From: Tubiluchus corallicola
Lineage: Eukaryota > Animalia > Priapulida
DNA length: 64,000 nucleotides
Assembly (NCBI GenBank): GCA_030141605.1
Contig: JAQGDQ010000224.1
Span: 248,001 to 312,000 of the forward strand
Direction: 5' to 3'
In this document: positions 39,901-50,900 of the stretch, piece after piece
How positions within the stretch are numbered: the first letter of the stretch is position 1
Layout: each line of letters begins with the position of its first letter
The notes under the pieces: generated by a model
Seen by the model: the letters and a program-made list of their open reading frames with translations, nothing else
The model's database searches: none
Told to the model about the DNA's origin: nothing
Translations under genes and position numbers: made by a program

Positions 39901-42900
39901 TTTACTGTCATGACTGGACATTGTACTTCTTTTACTGTCGTGACTGTACATTGTACTTCTTTTACTGTCATGACTGGACATTGTACTTCTTTTACTGTCG
40001 TGACTGTACATTGTACTTCTTTTACTGTCATGACTGTACATTGTACTTCTTTTACTGTCATGACTGTACATTGTACTTCTTTTACTGTCATGACTGTACA
40101 TTGTACTTCTTTTACTGTCGTGACTGTACATTGTACTTCTTTTACTGTCATGACTGGACATTGTACTTCTTTTACTGTCATGACTGGACATTGGACTTAT
40201 GTGGACAAATGAGTAAAGAAATCAGAAGTCAATATGTGAGTTTAAACTTTTAGTATCAGTTACCTACATAGATAAATACTCTAAGCTCATCATCTTACCT
40301 GACTATGAGCTTTATAAGATGGTCTATAAACACCGTATCTTGCTGACTCTCTTTTAACCTTGCCCTCCAATCGAGAAGCCACGCCTGTAAGAGAAACCAC
40401 ACCTGTAAGAGAAGCCACGCCTGTAAGAGAAGCCACGCCTGTAAGAGAAACCACACCTGTAAGAGAAGCCACACCTGTAAGAGAAGCCACACCTGTAAGA
40501 GAAGCCACACCTGTAAGAGAAACCACGCCTGTAAGAGAAACCACACCTGTAAGAGAAGCCACACCTGTAAGAGAAGCCACACCTGTAAGAGAAGCCACGC
40601 CTGTAAGAGAAACCACACCTGTAAGAGAAGCCACACCCGTAAGAGAAGCCACGCCTGTAAGAGAAACCACGAATTCTGTAGCAAGTACCTCATTCAAACC
40701 ATTTTAAAACATTTTTCATCTTTTATAGTTAAAACATCACAACTTTATTAAAACTTTTACTTTAACGTAGTTAAAAATCATATCAAACATTTCGACAGAG
40801 CTACCGCTATCATCATCAATAGTACATTTTTACAAACATACAACCTGTTTACATAGGCAGAAGTTACAGTATAAAACATTATGCACTAATTATCTATTTA
40901 AGAGAAGCAAAATAGGTCATGAATTACAGACCAAAAGAAAAGAAATTGATACAATAAATTATGCATAATGCATGCTTTTGTAAGTACATAATTAGTGCAT
41001 AATCTACTGTATCAATTTCTTTTTTTCAGGTCTACTTAATCACTATCTATTTGTCTTTTGTAAATACATAATTAGTGCATAATCTACTGTATCAATTTCT
41101 TTTCTACTGGTCTGCTTAATCATTACCTATTTGACTTCTGATAATACATAATGTTCTATACTGTAGGTTCTGCCTTTGTAAACTGGTTGTATGTTTGTAA
41201 GATTTACTATTGATGATGACAGCGGTAGTTCTCCTTAAACGCTTGACATGATTTTTTTAACTATGTAAATTAAAAGTTTAAATAAACGTGAAGTGCTTAA
41301 CTAGACATATCCAAATATATTAACAACCAACCTGATCTTGTTCATACTCTAATATAGCTAAATAGATTTGCTTCTTCTCATCTTCTTGCCTAGTACCAGT
41401 ACCGCCACCAAATTTCCTAAAAGACCAAGAACCTATTACAAAAATGTGCAAACAATACAGAATTACAGAAATTGTTGCGCTTTGTTTCTCTCGTACGGCT
41501 CGTAGAGAAACCCAGAAAACACTTCATCAAATTAAACTAGTTTATTAAGCGAGAATTCTACAACATAAAAGTATGAAGGAACACGAAATGATTACAGTAA
41601 ACGTGAAAATCTGGAAAACGTTTAAGTGTATCTGAAATTGCAAGTATACAAGAGAATGTGTAAGTGACGTCTCTGTGAATCTGTGTGTGTCAGCGGCTTG
41701 CTTCACCTTATATAGGGTGCCAGGGAACATTCTAGACGTTTCCTTCTAGAACATTCTACAAGGTAAGACGATTGTTCTAATGGAACATTCTACAATGTTC
41801 TATTTAATTCTAATAGATGCCAGCGATCTCCACAATAGAAATTTAGTTTTTACATATAATCACAGTCTGAAAGTACCAGTACCACCACCAAACAATACAG
41901 AACTAGAGAAATTTAGTTTGTACATATAATCACATGTAATAATATATATAATCACATATAATCACAGTTTGAAATCACCTTGCAGCAGCATCTTTGAGCT
42001 TTTCTCTTCTTTCTTCTCGTTTTCTTAATAGTTCCTCGTGTTTACTCTTAGCAATGGCTACATTTTCTAGCAGCCTTCGTTGTAATGAAACACCCTGTAG
42101 AATGAAATTGCAAACCAATTTTAAAATTATTTAGCGGGTCCCCACTCGCTACCTTCAACCTCTCCCAGAGGGGACCGGGTCCCCACTCGCTACCTTCAAC
42201 CTCTCCCAGAGGGGACCGGGTCCCCACTCGCTATCTTCAACATCTCCTTGTTTAACTGAATACCAGCCAAACTTAATGGAAAACACCTAATTGACTCAAA
42301 AATGTCTGGAACGGGGCACTCCTATTCAAATGTACATAAAAACCATCGGTAATTGACTCACATAACTGTGCACAATTGACTCAAATAACACCGAGTAATT
42401 GACTCAATATTTTCTCTTGGCGTACTTAAAATAAGACACTTGTGTGTGACCAAAGAACTTTTACTGCTTTCATGTCATTTTTACATTGATGTTGTGCACT
42501 ATAATATACGTAGAAACAGTCATGTTAAGTACAGCTTTGTTTGTAAGCAGGTACAGTATCACAAGTACTAATATGTTAGCTTAGCAGTTTTGCTTTGAAT
42601 CTGTCACCCACTTGTCCACTGCAATTAACCTCGTTGTTTCTGGAAGCTAAACATTTAATCACTTGACCAGCGGTTTGCTTTTGAAGTTCCTGCTGCTTTT
42701 CACAGGGGAAACAAGGTCATCACCAACTGCAGCTCAAGCACTAGGTGACTACGTGTTTTGAGTGAATATGTACAGTATACAGTAACAGATTTTCAAAGAA
42801 ATGTTGCAGACCAAAATCAATGCATCTTTAATGCTCAGGTCAAGTGTTCTCCAAGGTCAAACCTCAAGTGCATGCTTAATCTTTCTGAACGGAAATACTC

Positions 42901-44933
42901 AGTAGCTAAGAAAAAGTTCTTTTTTCAGTTATGGAAAGACATTGTTTACAATGTAAATACAGTAAGTCTTTGCTTAATAACTCCCTGTTTAGAGATGTTT
43001 CGCTTGACATTTGACTCTTTTAGTCACCTAACGATTCACTTTAATGATTTTTTTACTTTGTGTAAAGTCAATTTTTATTTTGTCAGCAACATTTTACCTA
43101 ATTTCCTGCATTAAAATGGCATATATTGAGTTATTTAGTTCTAAAAACGCACTAAAAATGTAAATAGTGCAATTATTATGCTTTTGCTTCCCGAATCTTG
43201 ATTTGATCAACAAAATTTTTGCCTAATTTGATGCATTACGAGAGTACAACTTGCATTATAAAATGTATGTAAAATGTTTGTGTATATATGATACAGTAAG
43301 TCCTCGCTTAATGACGCTCCGTTTAGCGACGTTTCGTTTTAATGACATTTTACGCTTTTTTCAGTTAATGACGCCCGTTTCACTTTAACCATGATTTTTT
43401 TACTTTGCTTAAAGTCAATTTTTATTTCATTAGCAACATTGTTACTTAATTTGATGCATTAAAACATCACACATTGCATTATTCTGTTCTAAAAATGTAC
43501 TAATAATGTAAACAGTGCAATTATTATACCCGTTTTTCTTCTTCCCTTCTGCTGACTAAAATAAAATGCCAGCCGTTTATGTCACCTAAAACCTACCAGC
43601 AAACTTTGCACATGCAACCTGTTGCTATAGCAACCAGACTAAGTATCTAGATAAGATCCCCATGGTTGTCCAGCGCTTGGCTTTGACTCTGCAGTGTTTA
43701 TTGTTCACACCGCTGTCTAGGCTTAAACGTTAACGAAAGAGAAGCTGCTATAGTTAAGAATGGTAAGTAAGATGTATGGGTGGTTTCAGGCAAGCAGAGA
43801 GAAATTAATCAGTAGAAATATGAATGAAACTCATAAAATGTTTAAGTTACATATTTAATCAGCCTTGATTTTTGCCTCTGGAACGTATCTCAATTCACTT
43901 ACACTAGTTTCCATGGAAGTCTTGGATTCATGTAACGATGCTTCGCTTAAAAGAAAACCGGATGATTGTGTCAACATTAGTTCAGAATCAAAAATGCTCT
44001 AAAATATTGAAAACTACAACAGCTTTTTTGAATCAAAGCTTAGAATAAATAATAATTACCTCGGATAGTTAAATTTCGTTAAACTTTCAAAGCTACGCGC
44101 GGCTCAGTGAATCTACTAAGATTAGCAATGGCGCCTTTTTGTCGCGTGCGCATGGCCGACAAATAGAAGGCGGTACTGCGATAACCATGATCATGAACTG
44201 CAGTGTTAGTTTCTAACGTGATATGACGTAGGGCCCATTTTCGTGACATCATGCATTTAAGCAGTATTGTAACACCTATGCAAATGTGCTTGAAGCGCAA
44301 GGGAAGACGCCTGCCATCGCGCAAACTGTGGTTAGTTTCTGACGTATGCAATAGCTGTGTTCAGTTGCCGTTAATTAACTTTCTAAACTAATTATTCAAA
44401 TATAAGAAGCAACTGCTAACTTTTATATTTAGGCAAGAAAACATATGTTTTGGATAGTAAATTAAAATGAGATTGAGTCTAAACAATCATCCACTTTTCC
44501 TTTAATGTCACATTTTGCTGGAACGCATTAGCATCGTCAAACGAGGATTTACAGGAAAGAATTTAAACCGTAAATTAAAACTGTAAAGCGAAATAAATTA
44601 ATTTAGTAATTAGCGACAGTTCTGTTAAACGCATTCAAATCTTAATAAAAGAAAAATCGATACCAGTTGATATTTGGTTGTCGCTCCATGAGTCCTTGCT
44701 ATACGAGCTCGATAAGCTGCTATTAATCGTTGGTTTTCTCTGGATGCAAGTTCAAGCGGGTCGTATTCTGTTCTGAGAAAGAAATTCATAAAAAATAACA
44801 ATAAATCAAAGACGTAAGAATACAAGTAACAAACTGCAATAAGAAATGGGTATTTACTGATATACAATCTGGGTAAACAAATATATTCATTTTTCATTTT
44901 TATTCTCCCCAAAGCATTTGTCTAGAGCCTTAC

Positions 44934-44990
<57 letters not shown>

Positions 44991-47900
44991 CTTTATTATT
45001 ACGACTACGGCAAAATCACGTTGAAAACACCGGTTCTCGTCTGATTACCGAAGATAAGCAACATATAGCCCGGTTAGTACTCGGATGGGTGACCACCTAG
45101 GAATACCAGGTGCTGTAGGCTTGCGGGATGCCCACACTGTATCTCGACACTAGGCGGAGGAGCTGCACAAGCAGCCAACGGCTAGAGGGCGGAGGAGGTC
45201 AAGTGACCCAACGGCCATGTGTAGAGGAGTAAACCTTCAAAATCAGGAGTGGAGCTCCGAAGGCGGACCAGTGCAGCATGCTCACTGACTCCGGCAGTTC
45301 CTGCAGCCAACCTGGTGCCAAACGTATCGTTCCGCTTTCTTTGGACTACACCAGCGAGGAAGAGAGGGGGTTCCTGTTGTCTGGGCAACTCAGGATCTCC
45401 ATACACCTTGCCCAGGCATGTGCCCTGGAGAGGCCATTCCAGTGGTTCAAGGATCGGACTGCTCAGCCACAGTCGACGCTGCAGCTCCAGCAATGTGATC
45501 AATAACTGACTCTCTTGGCGCACACTCCATTGTCTTCCAAGACAGAAGGATGCCAACCAATAATAATCTTTATTTAAAGTCGGCTTTTGGGTCAAAGAGC
45601 TATTATCGCCGACTGTAAATAACAACCTACAACTACATAACAGAGACTATTATTACCGCTTGGTTCCCAACCTGGTGTACTAGTACCCCTAGTCTGTCGA
45701 AAACTGAACAGCGATTCAAAAAGTAACTAGTACCCCCTGGAAGTACTACTGAACACCACAAGGCGTGCACGAGAAGCCTCTTAGACAAAATTAAAAAATT
45801 AGCGGGTGATTCAGACAACTGAAGCGCCGCCTGGAAACAACATCAGTAACCGAATTTTGGTGCAGTCCGCAGATACGCGAGGCCTATCTGGTTCCATACG
45901 TCCACCCAACTACGACGTTTGTGATTGGCTACCTGTGAAGCAGGCTGTTCAAAGATGGTGACAATGAAGACAAAAGCCCGAAACCGTGTTGACATCCGCA
46001 GAGATATGAGAGTCAGTCTGTGGAAAACTGAACCGCGATTCATAAAGTTAGTTTCTGCTATGCAACAGCAGCCAACTCATTGGGCTTTCATTTACTGAGC
46101 TTGATCATTTATGTTCACAAATAAAAACAACCACTGGTACATTTTAACTAACTGCACCGTTATGTTAACAACAAGCGTTCATTTATTACACCCTGAGAGC
46201 CTGAACACACGAACTGTGAGTCGCAAAAGTCAGTGTTGCCCCCCCCCCACACACACAAGGCATTTGGTTGAGTTTTTATCTGTCAGTTGTATATAAGACT
46301 GCTTAATTACCCTAATTGCACACGTTAACAATGAGTCAGCCTAAGTAGTACCACACTGAGTACTATTAATGCGGCGTAGGTATTAGGAAAATAAAATAAT
46401 CTATAATATCCTTTTTGTATTCTGTTAAACTTAACTATCTGTTAATTCGTTTCTTGGAAATAGTGGCCTAAAATAGGTTTTTAAAAGTTAATAAACAGTT
46501 AAATTTGAATAATTAACCTCTTTGTAAAGAAATCATAGTTCTTTTGGAAGTCACCCCTACAGCAAAAATGGTTTAGTCTTCCATTCCTACTAGTTCTTAA
46601 CCTGGCACGGTGCCAGCAGTTGACCTGGCACGATGCCAGCAGTTGACCTGGCACGGTGCCAGCAGTTGACCTGGCACGGTGCCAGCAGTTGATAGTCAGT
46701 TAATTGAACTACACAACAGAGTGGCATTCAAATTTTAAATTCTCTAACAATGGATATCGCATTACAAATGTCTGCATTTTCATTATCGGAGCCAGGTAGA
46801 AACATTAAGCTCGGGCAATTAACAATGCGGGTAATTTCTCAGGTACCCGGGAACACTAATGCTTACCTAGGACTAGCTGGCATTAATGACAAACTTCTAG
46901 ACTCAGCAGAAACTGGAGAAGATTGGGATGATGAGTGCGGAGTGGATGCTGCAGGTAAACTATGATAATTGGTAGAAACGTGTAATTTTGACTGAGACGA
47001 GTCGTCTGCAGTTACTGCAAGACTGGAAGGTTTCTGAATAACTGTATCTTTATCACCGCCTGAAAAATACAAAGTTAGGAATGAATGAACAATCAAAAAG
47101 TGGCCCGGAAAAGGGATGATTATTATAAATAAAATTAAATCATTTGTTTATAATCCTTGAAAAATTGTTTGGTAAAAGAAATGATTTGAATTAACTTCAC
47201 TGTGATTTCCAGAAACGATCAAATACGGTCGGAACCGCAGATCTAGGTGCGTCCTCAGAGAGAGATTGTTAGGCCTGCGTAAAAAGTGAGGAAAACAATG
47301 GGCGTCATGTTCTAATACAAATTCTATGCTCTGCTGTTGGGCAAACAATGGGCGTCATGTTCTAATACAAATTCTATGCTCTGCCATTGGGCAAACAATG
47401 GGCACCATGTTCTAATACAATTTCTATGCTCTGATGTTGGGCAAACAATGGGCGCCATGTTCTAACACAAATTCTATGCTCTGCTGTTTGGCAAACAATG
47501 GGCACCATGTTCTAATACAAATTCTATGCTCTGCTGTTGGGCAAACAATGGGCGTCATGTTCTAACACAAATTCTATGCTCTGCTCTGCTGTTGTGCAAA
47601 CAATGGGCACCATGTTCTAACACAAATTCTATGCTCTGCTGTTGGGCAAACAATGGGCACCATGTTCTAACACAAATTCTATGCTCTGCTGTTGGGCAAA
47701 CAATGGGCACCATGTTCTAACACAAATTCTATGCTCTGCTCTGCTGTTGGGCAAACAATGGGCATCATGTTCTAACACAAATTCTATGCTCTGCAGTTGG
47801 GCAAACCATGGCCATGTTGCTGGACCAAATAGCATTTGATTGTTACGCAAAAGCTGCCCTCGAGCGACACAGTTTTGAAACATTGTTTTATACGCAAGCT

Positions 47901-50900
47901 AGCAATCTCTCTACACACTTCATCTAAATCTACGGTCAAAACAAAATTTTTTACTATTTTTCCTCAAGATTATTCTATGCAAATGAACTACTGAAGAGAT
48001 AATGTTTAATATAATCACCATTTTCCTTCAAAATCTCTTGTGTCCGTTCAACGCACTGCAAGCAAAGCTTAAAGAACTTGTCGTCAGCTCCACCTAGTAG
48101 TAAAAATGTTTAATATAATCACCATTTTCCTTTAAAATCTCTTGAGTCCGTTCAACACACTGCAAGCAAAGCTTAAAGAACTTGCCGTCAGCTCCACCTA
48201 GTAGTAAAAATGTACACTGATATGTTTGTTAGGTATGAAATAAGGGGTTTTTACTTAAGCCTGTGTGTTTGCCGATTAAAGGTATGTGGTGATACTTTGT
48301 TAAATAGTCAAACACACAACACAAATCGCAAATCGCATTTAGCCCCGCCCAACTTGAAGATGTAACACACATTCTCACAAACTCCCCCCGATACAAGTGC
48401 TTACAACACATTAACAAACTGAAAAGATGGAAAAAATTGGTACTAGTAAGTTTGCCAAAGGTAAATTTGGTCTAGCAATTTTGGTAAGAGGAATTTTTGG
48501 TGCAGCAAAATTTTAGCACAGCACCCGGAAAATTGGATACAGAGAAAATCTTCTACTGGAAAAACTTAATACAGTACTGGCAAGCTTTTGTCACGCATTT
48601 TTAGTACAAGGAAATCTGGTTCAAGGTAATAGGAATTTTCACAGTTTCATTGCGCAGTTGCTGTAGGTCAAAGGTTAAGTGTGCCACAGCAACGAGCCTT
48701 AACTACAACTGTCACGTGACGTGTAGGTAAAGCAAAGCTGTCTGTCGCATCAGCTCAGTAGCTTCAGTTGTTTTACATAGACTTTACCTAATTATGCATT
48801 AGTCTGTGCATAGAGTGATTTACTAGCAGGATTTTGCTCGGGAACAAAAAAATGAACTAGGTAACTGTTAAAACTGTAAGTATTACAATGACTTGGGCTA
48901 CAAGGGGTTATCAATTGTAGACAAATGTGTTATCTAGTACACTTAACCTTTGGTCTTTTCACGATCATCATCATTCGCTGGATCTGCAAGACTTATTACA
49001 GAGGATCAGAGAATTCTCTATAACAATGTATAAACTGCTCCAAATCTCGATGTTGCCTCCAGAAATACAGCACTCGTGTACGGCATCATTGAAACAGTGA
49101 TAATAATGTTAGTTAGACAGTAAAATTGGTGCAATGATGATAAAAACAATTTTTCACACCGATACAATAAGGGAATATTCATCACAACGACATGACATTA
49201 TCACTAGTGTGGTAGTTGGAATTGTACATTGTAGTCAGGTGCTGCCATCTATGTGCTAATCTTGTTACATTCTACAAGCTGACTTACCTTCAGTCTAATT
49301 GCATGGTCCAGTGACTACATACACACTGGTCCTCTCCCTATCAAAAATTAATGGTTGTTGTGAAGCCTGTGCAACTCTGCATAGTTCAAGTTCTACACCT
49401 GTATACTGGCTGTGAAACAGGTTTTACTGACTGTTTTTGCTTTTCTAGTTTTTGCTCAATGTTCAGTGCAGCAGTTTTCTGTAGTTCAATAAACACTTTT
49501 CTGTTGTGTGCAGTGCAAATATTTATTATAGATTTTTGGTTCCTATTCACACTTCTCTGTGTCTAAACTCATTCATAACTAAGTGACTGAACAACAACTT
49601 CAAAAATGACTTTCACAACTAACATCCTTACAAGCCAGTGAACTTAACTTAATGTACATTTATCTAAGATTAATACAAACCTTTACTCCTTGCATCTGCC
49701 AGAAGATGTTGTATTACATACGTCACGCATTGTAAATAGGTTACGGAAGCTGCCTAGATAAGAGAATTAGAAAATATTTCAGAAAGTACCACTTTCTTAG
49801 TATAATTCTAATCACAAGAAATACAAATACCAAAACACAATGAACCAATACAAAATACAAATTATAATAATAATAATAAGAAGAATTTTTTTATTTATCT
49901 TGCAACACACGCAGAGTTATAATGCAGTAAGGATAACAAAGTTTGGTGTCATTTATAATTATAGTGGTTCTTAGTAATTGTATCACGTATTACTCGAAAT
50001 TTCAAGGTCAGGGCATTTTTACAAGCTTGGTTTCTTACAATACAAATCATTTAGGTGGGTAGTTAATAATTTTTTTTCAAAATTTTCTTATTACATATCT
50101 TGCAGTTTGCCACCTCTTGAATTATTGAAAACTTTTTGCTTATTTTAATGTATTAATTTTTTATTTGTGTTGATGTGAAATAAACAATCTATATATATAT
50201 ATATAATAATCTTTATTTGCCATTAAAAACATTGATAATCACTGATAAAAACTTTACAGAGATAATCAATCAGTGTTAGTTAATAAAAACTTACACTGCT
50301 GAAGGCAAATGCGTCAGTGCAATCTAAACTACTGTGCAGTAATGACGAATAAAATCAAACATATTTACAACTATACACAAAAAAATATAAAAAAAACTAT
50401 GATTTAATTAATATGGCCGTGGGTATATGAATTCTGAATTAGTGTGTATGTTGTCGTACTGGTGTGATGGTATTTCATATCTGGTTAATATTGGTGATTT
50501 TAATTTTGTTTTAAATGCTGATAGGGACTTGATTTGTTTAACCTGTAATGGTAGAGAATTCCAAAGTAGAATTGCTTGTTTGATTACAGAGTTCGTTCCA
50601 TAGTGGGTATTTGTCCTAATTTGTTTTAGATTGCTTGTTCTGGAATTAACGATAGGATTTGGAAAAAGGTAAATCTGTTATTCTGGAATGGTTTGCTGAT
50701 GTTGTTAATGTATTTAAATATAAAAAGCAGAGTAAAATATTCTTTGTGTGCTTCAATGATTGGGAATTTTAATGTTTTTCTCAGGTTAGTTGTTGAAGCT
50801 TTGAATTTTTGTCTACCTGCCTTGTGTTTGTATGAGTACCCAGCTATCAATCTCAATGCATAGTTTTGAAGGAGATTTAATTTTAAGTAATTTTCTCTTT

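Noticed and set aside
38443-40253. Long ORFs (589, 543, 417, 370 aa) with 10-aa repeats, some Cys/His-rich
   Set aside because: Products of a 30-bp minisatellite open in several frames on both strands inside an intron; no evidence of a real gene.
45003-45122. Functional 5S rRNA gene
   Set aside because: Multiple substitutions, no oligo-T terminator, fused to RTE-like sequence and bounded by a TSD; better explained as a SINE head.
45280-45375. Twister ribozyme in the SINE body
   Set aside because: Only superficial resemblance; the conserved twister core could not be matched by eye. Left as an untested possibility.
49399-49562. Possible cassette exon of VPS9D1 (AG...GT-bounded, one open frame)
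   Set aside because: The open frame is phase 0 but the upstream exon ends in phase 1; the compatible frame hits TAG after six codons.
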